NCBI GenBank assembly: GCA_951406725.2
Contig: OX597814.1
Span: forward strand, 165,540,001-165,604,000
Direction: 5' to 3'
From: Octopus vulgaris
Lineage: Eukaryota
Length of the DNA: 64,000 nucleotides
Both the position numbers and the translations under genes were made by a program. The notes beneath the pieces are model-generated. The model saw only the letters and a program-made list of their open reading frames with translations. It searched no databases and was not told the DNA's origin. This document shows positions 42,786 to 56,324 of the stretch, one piece after another; the stretch's first letter is position 1, and every line of letters begins with the position of its first letter.

Positions 42786-44465
42786 AGTATGTTCTTTTCA
42801 GATAAACGAAGGCAAGTAGAGTAATTTGTTAATGCAGGGTTATGACAATTTGCAAATTGTTTGGATTGAACAACAAATAATGAGCAGTCCAGCATCTCAA
42901 CCACTCAACTCTCATAAAAGCTATAGCAGTGACATATTTTTTTGATATTTGAAGAAATTTTCCTTAAATGATCACAAAAATTGAAATTGATTTTTTAGAG
43001 AAGGAATCTAAAATTTTGAGATGTTCTTTTGTTATTGACACTGAAGACCAAACCAATTTTGTGGATTCAGACTATCAGTAGAATTTACCCTACTCTGATT
43101 CATTCAGTATTTTCATGTGATTTTTATTCTAATTTCTATAGCTTTATAGTTTTGGTTAACTCGCTGCCTTTCTGATCCTGCTTTAGCTTGTCTGCATAAC
43201 CTAGTTCTTCCTTAGCCTTCTTAATGCTTTACTACCATGTTACAGCACTTTGTACCCAGTTTGCATTTCTGAAACATATCAGGCTTTTTCTAGATTGCTT
43301 AGCTCCACTTCTAATTTCAGATTCCAAGACCTGATGCTAAAGTCATTCCCATTTAACCATTACATATCCTTTACCTCACTTTGAATAAAGAATCACAGAC
43401 ACATTCCAAAGTCTAAATGCTGCTATCACCACTATACTGTAGATACTGGGCTTCATCCTAAATACTTGCCACCTCTATGGATATTGTCCTATAACTGGGA
43501 TTTATCACACCTAATATCACCTTTTAAAGTGGAGCAGTTGAAGAGAAACTGTATTTTTTATATACAACTGAATTAAACAGTGTGATTGTTCAAGATGATG
43601 TTTCAATTCAACTCAAAATTTCAATACACTGACTTTAGGCAATGTCTTTGAGATAATAATTCACTGTGATAGACTAAGAAATGATGTCTTAAAACAGTGT
43701 CTTACAACTGTTGCCTTACACAATTGCTGAAGCATTAAGGATATGATGATGCTTCGTGACTAAGGCCCATGCTGGGGCTTGAAAATGGTGCTGTAAGTGA
43801 CTCTCAGGATATTCATTAGCATACTTAATCTGCTATAAATAAGTTAAAACTACTCAACAGTAGTGGGGAGTTCTTCAATGTTCCTAGATTTACTATATAG
43901 TTCTGTGGTGGCCCATGTTATGATTGTCTGTGCACCATTCGTTTTACTTTAAATGATTTTACAAGCATAGAAGTTCATCTGAATATCAAATACTTTTAAA
44001 ATATAAGTTAAATCATCATTATCATAGTTCTTAGTTCCTACAGCCATGAACAACATGCTTCAGATATGTTTACAGTATGCAATCCAGCTTTGTTATTGAC
44101 TACTAACAAACATATTAAATATATCATTGTGTGAAATTCTAGTTCTTTTACTGACTCTGGAACATTAGAACCTTTTTTACTCATAAAATTTAACTTAACC
44201 TAAATCTTTCATCATTTACAGTAAATTCTATTATTTTTAAAATATTCAAAATGGTAATGATGTTGACTTATGAATTACAAATCTGCTTATGTTTGTTCTA
44301 TACATTGCTTTAAATATATATTTTTACAATAGGAAAAAAAAAAGCTAAAATCTATTGTTTGGGGTGGTGTGTTTAGAAAATGAAAAGAAAAAAATGAATG
44401 TAGAATCTGGGGGTAAAATACCTGTTTTGAATCTGTATTATAATGAGGTGTGAACAGCTGTAAAT

Positions 44466-44471
44466 AATAAA
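44466..44471 (+). terminator. Candidate polyadenylation signal for a long SLC41A 3' UTR
   Basis: AATAAA immediately before the switch from CpG-poor to CpG-retaining DNA; speculative. Confidence 0.25.
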
Positions 44472-44858
44472 ACTTCCAGATGGTTGATGAATCAAGAATG
44501 GGGAAAAAACAAATTAAAAATCAATATTACATGAAATTGTGTTCAGATGAACTTATATGGAATTCTATATGAGGAAAAATAACAGTTAAAATAAATGGGG
44601 AAAAGCGAACAGATTGACCAATCCGACGATTGCTCACATCGATGCAAAATGGGTCAAAACGATCGTTGTGTGCAATAAAATTTCTTGTATATTCCATTTT
44701 TCGTCTCTATCATTTGTTATATACTCAACGAACACTGAGGAATTCCTGAAGCAGATCCAGTGACAATTGTGTAAATATTGTAGATGACGTCAGGTAGTAT
44801 CAGAATTGAACGTGCTTCAGTTAACTGCTCGGTACATTTTCATTGCTTAAATTATATA

Positions 44859-45726
44859 TTGGGTCATCCCATAAATAATGTTTTTTTCTTATTTTTCAAA
44901 ATTAAGATAAAGTTCTTTTTAAATCTAAAATATACTCTCCTTCATTTTCTACAATGCTCTTCCATCTATCTGGCAGGCTTGCAAGGCCCCTCTTCCAAAA
45001 TTCACTTGTCCGTGACGAAAAATACTCCTCCAGTACTGTTCTGACTTTGTCGACAGAATTCATATTTTTTCTGTCCAAATGATTCTGAACACTGCGGAAT
45101 AAATGATAATCAGATTAGGCAATGTCCAGCGAATATGGTGAGTGGAGTATCGTTTCCCGTACAAACTGCTCCAGCCTTTGGAATGTCATCCTTGCTCTAT
45201 GTGGTCAAGTATACAGACTCGGAAAGATTGTAGGAACCCATTGACCCAATTTGTTGTCTTTTTCGATCGCACGCAGGTGACAATGAATAATTGAATAACC
45301 AAATTCAAGTTTCTCTGCTAATTCCTCAACAGTTACGGTGGGATTTTGTCCCACCAGGTTTTGCAAGACATCCTGGTCGAACTTTACAGATCTTCCAGGA
45401 TGAGGTTCGGAATTTCTGGAACCACCGTTGATACTGGCTTACTCTTATTGTCCGATCCCCATAAACTGCATTAATATTCCTCGCATTTTCCGTTGCGTTG
45501 TTGCCTTTATTGAATTCATAAAGCAAAATATGCCGAATATACTCCTTTGTCACTTCCATTGTAGCTTTGAAAAAGTAACTGTTAAAATCGAACCTGCACT
45601 AAGGACACAAGGTAAAATTACTACCTGCTTTTAAAGCAAGTAGATGCAGGTAGTTTATTCCGTCTCCCTCCGACTTTTTGTTCATGCAATTGAAAAAAAA
45701 CCCTCATTATTTATGGGATGACCCAA
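44859..45726 (-). mobile_element. Internally deleted mariner
   Basis: TA|TTGGGTCATCCCATAAATAATG TIR pair; ORF 45326-45559 is a mariner HTH (IRHILLYEF..G.NA...RWFQKF). Confidence 0.9.
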
Positions 45727-46059
45727 TATATATATATATATATGATGTATGAATATATACAACAGAAAGTGGTACGCAACACATTTAGTACGAGTTATAT
45801 ATATTTTTAACAGTTTGACTCAGCTCCATAGGACATAATTTTATGGGCACGTAGGGTGGATCCGTCTCATCAGATTACTGAAAAAGAGTAAGAGATTTAA
45901 GATGGTTTCCATCGATCAGCTCAGGGCATGCGATGTTAATGATGTGGAAGCGACACTAACTCCTCTTTATTCTTAAATTAATTTCACAAGAAGCTGTCGT
46001 CACTTTGGCGGCAAGATGTAGTATAGTATATTTAGTAACATCAGTTCGTTGTATTGTGC

Positions 46060-46318
46060 AGGCACGTGGCCTAGTAGTTAGAGCAGTGATCGCGGGTTCG
46101 AATCTCAGACTGGGCGATGTGTGTTTATGAGTAAAACATCTAAGCTCCACGCGGCTCTAGCAGAAGGTAATGGCGTACTTCTGCTGACTCTCGCCACAAC
46201 TTTCACTCTTTCCTCCTGCATCTAGCAGCTCATATGCGACGGACCGGCATCCCGTCCAGGTGGGGAATCTATACGTCAATGAAACCGGCCCTTATGAGCC
46301 AGGCATGGCTCGAGAAGG
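46060..46318 (+). mobile_element. Third tRNA-derived SINE family (Meta/V-like)
   Basis: GTGGCCTAGTAG A box, GGTTCGAATC B box, GCGACGGACCGGCATCCCGTCCAGG core. Confidence 0.6.
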
Positions 46319-47221
46319 TAGGGTGGGTGAGTTGGCACGGGTCAGTAGATCGGTGGTCGTTCGGTGAAGTATTAACATTAATGGCAGTAGTCTTTATATA
46401 GGAACTGGGTCAAAAATGAGGCTTGATGATCAACATAGTGGGGGCTGTAGTCTATAGAGACGACAGGGATTAAATATCCTGCTCTAGTGTGAGGGACAGT
46501 CAGGCCTAGAATATATCTGAATTATCAGCTGCCAATAGTTTGAAGTTCATTAACAAGGCATACCTCTGGTGGCAACAATAACATAGTTCATTCTTCCTGT
46601 TGATGGATACTGCAGGATTGTGGAATATGTGTCGTTTCTCGCAGAGCAAGGGAGAGAGCTGACAACTGCGAGTTCTAGGTGAGTATAGGGGTGAGGCGCC
46701 CGTTAATACTTTCGAGTAATTGCGTCCCAACATAAGAGCCAGACGGTCTTTAGAGATCTTAGCTAAGAAGGACCAATCTGGCATTCTTTTTCAGGAATGC
46801 TCAGTCACATCCACAATGAAAATTTGCCGATAAATAAAGCTTTTGTCTTCTATAATCTTTGCTATTGTTGCAGGTAACTTGACCACAGCTACTACGTCTG
46901 CCGATGTATATTCGCCTAGGACCCTAACTATATGAAGATTGTGTCGCTGCCAGAATCACCAAAACCATCTTGAACTGGCCTAGAAATTTTCTGTCATGCT
47001 ATTACCCTCTTATGGTTGTTATACAACGAACGCGCTTTCTCTTGAATTATAATCTGGCTTACGGGAGTGTGCTGGTAACTCTGCCGTTCAAACCAAAGAC
47101 AAAGAAGCTGGGGTTTTTTTCCGTGGACGATTTTGCTAATTTTCTTATTGGTTATGGTGATCTTCATCTCCCGAGCAGATGACAATCAAATCCTTTGTTT
47201 ACCATGGATAATAGCGAATAC

Positions 47222-47454
47222 TTATTTCTTTACTACACACAAGGGGCTAAACACAGAGGGGACAAACAAGGACAGACAAACGGATTAAGTCGATTATATC
47301 GACCCCATTGCGTAACTGGTACTTATTTAATCGACCCCGAAAGGATGAAAGGCAAAGTCGACCTCGGCGGAATTTGAACTCAGAACGTAACGGCAGACGA
47401 AATACGGCTACGCATTTCGCCCGGCGTGCTAACGTTTCTGCCAGCTCGCCGCCT
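47222..47454 (-). mobile_element. Young full-length Deu/Nin-domain SINE
   Basis: 19-bp TSD CATGGATAATAGCGAATAC (47203-47221 and 47455-47473). Confidence 0.9.
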
Positions 47455-48668
47455 CATGGATAATAGCGAATACCATCGTTAGACTTAAGCCACAAGCACG
47501 CGCTATCACTACCACCTTTTCTGCGAAGGAATAGTATGGCACTTAATACTACCAGGATTAGATCTGGCAACAGGAGCTTTCTTGTGAGCATAGTGTATGA
47601 AAAAAAGCTCAAATTTATACTCAGTAAGTACAAACACACATTTGAAATTTCTGGTACGAACTACAATGCTACCTCTCCGTGGAATACTGGAACTGTTGCC
47701 CCGTAACTTGTATAAATAAAAGTAAATATTGTAATTATGTACATTAAAAAAAAATTCTTTTATCTATTTTAACAAACGATTTGTACATAGTCTCTACTTC
47801 AGTATTAGTTTTTAGGATTTCCTAAAAAGTTTTATGCTTTCAAATATCTTTGCCGAAACCGGATGCAAAACTGATTGATGTTAAGGTTTCTATTTTTCAT
47901 TGATGTCTTTAAAAAAAACTACAAAAACAAGAACAAAACAAAAAAAAAACCCCGCTGAGTCGGAAACTGAGGTACATGTATATATTCTTTCTCTCAATAA
48001 ACCGGTTTTACGATAAGGGAAATCACTCCCAAAGTACCTTAATACCAAATTTTCAGTTTTTGACAAGGTAAACAATTTACGTTTCGGGGTATCTCAGAAA
48101 CGAGGAAGAAGCGTCTTTGATAGTACTTATAACTACTACAAAATAGAATAGGAAACGAATATAACCTTATATGAGTGCTTAAAGTGATTATTGCGAATTG
48201 CTTTAGTTTGGACGCATGATTTCAGTACCTATCGATAGACAAAGAACACGGAAAATTAGAGTAGTCTCCCTTTCTCCCCCCCACCTCATCACCATAAATG
48301 TGCGTCCAGTCATACTCTGAGTTTTATAGCTGTATTGACTGGAGTCACGTAAACAAAAGCCATTATCATATTCATCATGTCTAGATTAACATATAACAAA
48401 AACAGGAAGAGACATAATTCTTCTAAGTGGATAACTTGGTTGGCATTTGTTTTTTGGTGGGGAGGGGGTCAAAATATTACTGACTTGTAAGTATAAATGT
48501 TAGTTTTTTCATGCAACTCAAATTCACCTGGCATCTTTACAAGATATAGGTGTTACCATAGTCTGTAAATTTAACTGCATTAGAATTCAGATCTCTATTA
48601 TCAATTCATGTTTTTCCTCCTCCTCCTCCTCGTCATCATTTATCGTCCGTTTTCCATCGACAGGAATT

Positions 48669-48891
48669 CTTTTCTACTCTAGGCACAAAGCCCGAAATTT
48701 TGGCAGCGAGAGGGGGGGGGGGGCAATCGATTATATCGACCCCAGTGCATAACTGGTACTTATTTAATCGACCCCGAAAGGATGAAAGGAAAAGTCGACC
48801 TCTGCGGAATTTGAACTCAGAACGTAACGGCAGACGAAATACGACAACGCATTTCGCCCGGCGTGCTAACGTGTCTGCCAGCTCGCCGCCT
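48669..48891 (-). mobile_element. Deu/Nin-domain SINE with a different tail, nested in an RTE 3' fragment
   Basis: 19-bp TSD TTTTCCATCGACAGGAATT (48650-48668 and 48892-48910). Confidence 0.88.
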
Positions 48892-50339
48892 TTTTCCATC
48901 GACAGGAATTAGCAAGTCAGAAAACTGCACCAAACTTTGCTATCTGATTTGACATAGTTTCTACGGCTGGATGCTCTTCCTAACGTCAACCGCTTACAGA
49001 GTGTACTGGGTGCTTTTTATGTGGCATCAGAAGTATTGAGGTCATTAAGTAACTTACAAGACAAGGCCCTTCAAATGTAGTGGGAGTAGTATTGAGGGAC
49101 AGAAACAGATGTTTTGCAGTGGAGAAGGATAATTGCTGCCTCAGAGAGAGAGAGACAGACAGACAGACAGAAGGTCTATGTTATTAGAGAGAGTGATGGA
49201 TAGATAGTTAAATTTGATGATGCAACAATACAAGTTCAAACGTTCAGTTTTTGTCTTTTTCTTAACACCATTGAGGAAGAAATTACGATGTTTTAAAAAC
49301 CGTCATTTATAGTATATTTTTAAAACTGTTGCATAAGCGTCGCTTCAGTATCGTAAAAAAAAAATCTTTCCCTCCAACCTTTCTGTGAATTTTATCTGCA
49401 GTGATACAGTTTTTGAATTCCTAGTGTTTTGTTCTGTTATCGACATATTCATAAAGAATTCAAAGTATAGTATAAATGTATCTGGAGGTGGGAGTTAGCA
49501 GTTATAAATTGATTTGTTTACGTTTTGAAAATATGTCCTCTGATGTATTTCTATGACTATAGTGACTGACAGATGTCACCAGTTCGAATCCAGCCTGTTT
49601 GACGACTTATCTAAATTGCTAAGTACGTGTAGTGGATCTTGCATGCATGAAGTAGATTCGACCCACCGTAGCCAAATTTAAATCAACACTGCTACAGAAC
49701 TTTTCCCACGGTGGAACAATGGTTTTTCTCTGACAGCAGTTTTTACATCTTCCTGATGCCTTTAGCTAGGCCGAAATTAATGTCTTCACCACTTGACCCT
49801 TTCTAACCTCTTCTACTTCACCAAAAGCTAGAATAGATAACAAGACCACCAACTAAATCTATTGATCTCAATGATATATCTATCCTTCTGGATCTTTATA
49901 TAAGCAAGCATACCCCAAGCAAAATTCAGTTAGCCACCGTCGATGACGACTCAACGAGGTCTGGCTGACCAGCTAGAATCTTGGTCAGAGGGAGAAAGCA
50001 ACTGTGAGACAAGACCCTACAATTCTCTCTAGCACCAATTCTGTTCTCTTACATCATTCTATCGCTATCATTCTATTACTACAAACTATTCGTATACGCC
50101 AAACTATGTAATGAAACATTCTACCGCATCAAACTTTACTTTGCATGCTTTTGGATTTATCATAACCTGTCCGTCGAGGCAAGGTATTGTAACGTAACGG
50201 TAAAAAAATACTTTCTTAAAACTTTATGCATTGTCCATCTTTCACAGCTTACAACATGCAATTATAACAACAAATCTTTATCGTCACGCCAGCTGACTCC
50301 CACATATAATATCGTTTACCAATCAATTTAAAACCGTTA

Positions 50340-50730
50340 CATACGCATCGAATTCGTACTACAGCTTACCATCCTGTTGTGTGTAGTTTGGGTTCTAATG
50401 GGATAGACAACCAAATGAAAACCATTGTTATTGTTACGTGTTTATTTTCTATTCGTGATACACGGACTCGACATTCAGCGTAGTAATACATTATATACTT
50501 TACACACAGTTTGTACTATTCACTAACAAAATAGTGCCAAGAGTGGGGATGCACGTATACACATAGATATGAATGTGTAACACATCCCATATCTAACGCA
50601 ATGGTAGAATGTTTTCATCGACAGCTTAAAGCAGCTTTACTAGCACATTCCGATTCGGATAAATGGTTAGAAGCTCCGTCGATTGTGTAACTAGGTTTAC
50701 GTACTACTGTTAAAGAAGCCCTAGGGGATC
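50340..50730 (+). pseudogene. Decayed Gypsy integrase remnants
   Basis: HRIRTTAYHP at ~50345 and HPISNAMVECFHRQLKAAL..W..LGLRTTVKE at ~50583-50720, with stops. Confidence 0.65.
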
Positions 50731-51233
50731 TAGTCTTTCTCATTCGTAAAATCAGTCCCACTTAATTTTGCTCAGATTGCTTTCATTTTTGGTGTATCGC
50801 TACAACTCTGAACTTTGATTACGATCAACCAATTACTTTATCTCGTAAATGAAAGAATCTGATGTTAAAGCTGGGAAATTTAGGTAATTTTAACCAATCA
50901 ACATACAGCGTGGCATTAGCATCTTGTTACCATGTCAACAGGACGCTGTGTTGTGGTTCACTTCGTTGTTGTTTCACTGTTGTCTGCGATTTCGTGGTCC
51001 ACTTCACTGTTGTCTGTGACGCACGTTGTTCGATGTTGATTTTTTTACAATTGATTCTTCACACCACAAGTTTCTTTTCACCTGCGTGTTTTGTTTTAAT
51101 TTTTCTGTGTTAGTATATTACATATTTTTCTGTGTGTTAGTATTTTTCTGTAGTTATTCTTATCGTAGTTTACAAATCCAAACATGAAAACGTTACTCAA
51201 CTTTGGAGTTTTGGAGACAGTCGCCTCCTTTTC

Positions 51234-51246
51234 ACACACACTCACA

Positions 51247-51300
<54 letters not shown>

Positions 51301-51789
51301 CACGCTTGCCGGTAAAATTTCCACTTATTTCTTATTTTTATTTTATTTTATTATTTTTTTATTTATTGATTTATGGCAAAAATGAATTTCATGTCAATGA
51401 TTACTTTACAAAGCTACACCAATATGCCAAATATGAAATGAGTTAGAACAAAATTTGAAGAAATTGAAAAGTGGCATCCAAACAGAAAAGATCCCCCTTC
51501 ACTCCTTCCAGTCTACCTGACAAGATTTGTTGCCTCCGATGTAGGAAACAGCGGATAATATTTTCACTGTTACTTACGAATAGTGGCCTGACTGAATAAC
51601 TAATCCAGCATATGCAACTGAAGCAGTATTAAGTTAAAATAGCCATCTATTCATCATACTTAATGTACATACAGCGTAAGTAGGCCAGTCAATGTAGTAT
51701 TTGTCCTGAGAAAATATATCTTATAGTCTCGCTGTGTTTATAAACATACAACATACATGCATACATACATACATACATACATACATACA

Positions 51790-51842
<53 letters not shown>
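51234..51842. repeat. (AC)n at 51234-51303; (ATAC)n/(AT)n at ~51750-51842
   Basis: Directly visible. Confidence 0.9.
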
Positions 51843-51928
51843 CGGAGTGAGAGGGAAATCGTGGACTGCAGTAATTCGCCTGTCAACAGTGAATATACAT
51901 TTAATACATTTAGTATGACGCATATACA

Positions 51929-51959
<31 letters not shown>

Positions 51960-51999
51960 CTTACAATGGCACCTGTAACAAAACACGTGTCACTAAAGA

Positions 52000-53625
52000 A
52001 TATTACAACCGAATAAAGAAAATTTGGACCTCATAACTCTCTGCATTCAATAAAACAGTGGCCCACAATGTGTTTGCAGTGCCAGTACTCATACCAACAT
52101 TTGGGCTGCTTGATTGGACGTTTGATGAGATCCCAGTCATTGATGTGAAAACCAGGAAGATACTAATAAGCACACATAATTTCCACATAAACAGTAACGT
52201 AGAACCGCCTCTACCTAAAACGAAAACAAGGCGGCAGAGGCTTAACCTCGATCCAAAATGCCTTTGCATGTCGCGTCATATCCCTTCGGCAACATCTTTT
52301 AACCACCAAGTGTCAAAGTGCATCCCTTGACCAAGTTTGCATGCATGAGGCTGATAATTTCATAAGACTTGGAAGGCAGCTCCTTGAGCAACACTCTTTG
52401 TCTGATAACTTAGAATACATGCCCAAAGAAGTCACACGACTCCACCGCAACCTATCATCACATGAAAAGATGAGCCCATATGAGCAGAAGACTATGCATG
52501 GATATATTGGTAGAAAGCTCCGTAATGATAGTAACATCGATCATCAAAGCGGTTTATCATGGACGAATAGCCGGATTACTACCTCCCACATTGAAGGGTA
52601 TGCGTTTGCAATTCAAGAACAGGAAATATCAGCCAAGTACCTGATGCATAAAATGGATAGAGGTGCAAGAAAAGCCGTAAAATGTGACAACTGATTCAGA
52701 CTTTGTGGAGCTCACACTGAAGAATGTCACCCACATCATAAGCAGTTACCCGAAAATGTCATTAATGGTATTATCTACCAATGAAACATGACGTTGTAGC
52801 TAGGATACTCTATAATGAAATCCGTCGGGAGGATAATCCCAAGGACAAAGAAATAAGAACCCACAATATGGTAGAAGCCATAGCCACTCATAATGGTGAC
52901 ATGTACCAGCGAAAAACCTCAAAAAAAATGTAAGCACAATAAATCTCTCTGTATATAAACGGCAGTTTGTCTGTCTGCGTGTCTGTGTGTCTGTTAGGTT
53001 GTACCCTCACCCTGACCACGGCTTTCAACCGATTCTGATGAAACTTGACACACACATAGCCCAATGTCATAATTCAAAACTAACGCAGCGAAAATTTTGA
53101 AAGTTCCCCCAGTTCTGAAAAAAATTGATAAATTCGACATGGGGTCAAGAATCAGAAACACAAACCAGACTGTCTAGGGGACGCAACTCGACCTTTTTAA
53201 CTCTCAAAAAATTTACCATCATTTTTTTCCCATTTTTTTGCTATTTTTTGGCTATAACTCTCTAAAAATGCTTTATAGTTATTTCCCTTACAAATCTGAG
53301 CAACGCCGGGCGATACTGCTAGTCTGATATAATGATTTGGGATAGAGAAGAGAAACTGTGCACAGTTGTGGAAATTAGCTGCCCATAAAGCTGTAGATCA
53401 GTGAAAAAGAGAACACCTATGCTGAACTATTAAGAAATCTGCAGTTATTCTATTCAGATTACAAGTTCAGGTTTATACCTGTAATTATTGGAGCCCTGGG
53501 ATACGTAACACACTGCCTAATACAAATCTCAAAACCAGAAAGTAGAAAGCTAATTCGAAGACTACAGATCCAATCCATCACTGGGACTGTAAAAATCTGT
53601 AAGACTTTCTAAAAGTTTATCATTC
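52000..53625 (+). mobile_element. Decayed R4/Dong-like RLE LINE, split by a Helitron
   Basis: AHNVFAVPVL, KTMHG, EGYAFAIQEQ, HNK|SDIMIWD..VVEISCP and IPVIIGALG motifs with frameshifts. Confidence 0.8.
52944..53322 (+). mobile_element. Non-autonomous Helitron
   Basis: A|TC 5' end, (GTCT)n near the 5' end, 3' imperfect hairpin ctgagcaacgccggg, CTAG|T end, no TSD. Confidence 0.82.
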
Positions 53626-53641
53626 AGATATATATACTAGC

Positions 53642-53643
<2 letters not shown>

Positions 53644-53706
<63 letters not shown>

Positions 53707-53719
53707 ATATATATATATA
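53644..53719. repeat. (TA)n microsatellite
   Basis: Directly visible. Confidence 0.95.
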
Positions 53720-55110
53720 CTAGCGTTGCCCAGGATAACTCTCAATGGAGTAGTCGTTGAAATGAACCGAAAGACTTCTGTCAAGCACGACTATAGAAAT
53801 AACTATTTACAGGTGTTGGCCCTAAAGAGGGCCTTTGAACGTTTACTATGAAAAATCTTTGTGGCGGTGCTGCCAGTAAAGACGAATCCAGTGATAGCAA
53901 TTTGTAGTTGGTGGTCCTGAAGAGGATCTTTTAACGTTCACTTTGAATTATCTCAGCGGCGGTGCCGCCATCAAAGATGAATCCGATGGTACCAATTTAA
54001 TCTTGGTGGCCCTGAAGAAGACCTCGGAGCGGTAGAGTTGTCAGCAAAGACGACTCCGATTAGAGGTAGTGGCCCTTAAGAAGTCCTTCACACCACTTTG
54101 GTGTGTCGTATTTGCTTTGCTTGTTATTTAAGATTGTAACCTAGAAAAGTATGTAAAAGTCGGTGGCCACTTTTGTCTATTGCTGTTAGTTGTACTTCCA
54201 AATGCCTATCATTTATTCTTTTGTACTCAGGGCACAAGGCCCGAAATTTTGGGGGAATTAGATCGCAACTGGTACTTAATTTATTCTCCCTGAAAGGATG
54301 AAAGGCAAAGTCGAATTTGAACTCAGAACGTAAAGACAGATGAAAAATGCCTATCATTTATTGACCTCGTGAAAATTAAGTGTCGTATCTATGGGCATAA
54401 CTCAATTGGAACCCTCCAATCCTTCAGCTTAACACCATATCAACTCTGCTGTTTGCAGTTATCCAGTTGCTGTACTTACTTGATACGATATCATCTCTGT
54501 TCAAGTAGACCTAAAACCGTTCCAACTGTGACCATCTCTTCTTTTCAGGACATACTTTATATCATATTACATTATTCAAATTATTCAATGTTTTTCCTTT
54601 GCTTTTTTATTAGGAAGAGAGTCGGATGTAATATCAGTGAGATTTGGTTGTTATTTCTAGCAGGCCGAGCGTCCACATAGAGGCCCATTCACTCGGTTTA
54701 TGTTAGTTGTTGTCAAAGAATTGTGGCTGAGCTGAGTAAACAAGGAAACAAAAATGATTTGCAACATAAACAGGCATGTTAGAACACGATGACACACAAG
54801 CAGTAAGAAATTAAGCTTGTGATAAAGAAATACTTGAGCAGTTTAAAAATCTTTTAGCAAGACTGTAATAATGGTTGTAAATACGTAGATTGCGAGGGTT
54901 TCTTAACAATAGTATGGGAATGAAATGTCTAATAAAAAGAAATAGTTAGAAATATAAAGTGAAAGAATAAAGATAATTAAATACGAGCTGTACAATACAT
55001 ACGCGCGCGGATTTTTCGGTCAAGTTCTGCGTAATGAAATATATAGAAGAACAGTCAGACAAAAAAAAAAGTATATTGAAATGGCACACCTACACACCTG
55101 TGTCTCTAAT

Positions 55111-55437
55111 TTTGTTTCTTCATAACTTTCAGAGAAATGGGTATTTTTTAATGAATTTTTTTTTCAGGTGGTATAGATTCCAATTACATCGGGATTTAAT
55201 GCGAAAAAAATAATTGATGAACATGAATACATACATACTGACACACATCATATTTATATCTACAAAATGAAACCTAAAAATTTTGAAAAAACAATGTGAT
55301 ATGTGTTATTTTGTACGCGTCTATGTTTTTCTTCATGTTAAATTCCGATATAATCGGAATCATCACTATCTGAAAGGTATTTATAGAAAATGTCATTAAA
55401 AATTACCCATTTTTCACAAAGTTATGTGGAAACAAAG
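55111..55437. mobile_element. Degenerate palindromic MITE
   Basis: tttgtttcttcataactttcagagaaatgggta...taatga matches the reverse complement of tcattaaaaattacccatttttcacaaagttatgtggaaacaaa. Confidence 0.55.
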
Positions 55438-55685
55438 TTGGGGAGGGGACATACTTGTGTCAGAATCCCAGTATAGTAATAATTTATTTTGCCAGATATA
55501 AGACCAGTTTCTTCATGAAAATTGAAAAACTATCGTCAGTTGAATCAACTCCAGTATCTTTGAGGTACTATTGTTTACTAACACTTCATCCATGAGATGG
55601 AGAATGAATTCGATCTTGAACACAAAACCTACAAGCATTAAATAATGCCATAAGGTAACAATTGTCTAAGTGCTGAACTGTTTCT

Positions 55686-56284
55686 TATTTCTTTATTGCC
55701 CACAAGGGGCTAAACATAGAGGGGACAAACAAGGAGAGACACAGGGATTAAGTCGATTACATCGACCCCAGTGCGTAACTGGTACTTAATTTATCGAGCC
55801 CGAAAGGATGAAAGGCAAAGTCGACCTCGGCGGAATTTGAACTCAGAACATAGCGGCCGACGAAATACCTATTTCTTTACTACCCACAAGGGGCTAAATA
55901 CAGAGAGGACAAACAAGGACAGACAAACGGATTAAGTCGATTATATCGATCCCAGTGCGTAACTGGTACTTATTTAATCGACCCCGAAAGGATGAAAGGT
56001 AAAGTCGACCTCGGTGGAATTTGAACTCGGAACGTAACGGCAGACGAAATACCTATTTCTTTACTACCCATAAGAGGCTAAACACAGAGAGGACAAACAA
56101 GAACAGACAGACGGATTAAATCGATTATATCGACCCCAGTGCGTAACTGGTACTTATTTAATCGACCCCGAAAGGATGAAAGGTAAAGTCGACCTCGGTG
56201 GAATTTGAACTCAGAACGTAACGGCAGACGAAATACGGCCTCGCATTTCGCCCGGCGCGCTAACGTTTCTGTCAGCTCGCTGCC
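55686..56284 (-). mobile_element. Deu/Nin-domain SINE head-to-tail trimer (one full head plus two 184-bp headless units)
   Basis: Junctions GAAATACC|TATTTC at 55869/55870 and 56053/56054; possible TSD AACTGTTTCT. Confidence 0.88.
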
Positions 56285-56324
56285 TTAATTGTTTAACTGT
56301 TTCTGTCACACTGAATGTAACAAC

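Noticed and set aside
46400-47700. Possible decayed LINE endonuclease or other coding remnant
   Set aside because: Only vague motifs and no convincing translation, so no call can be supported
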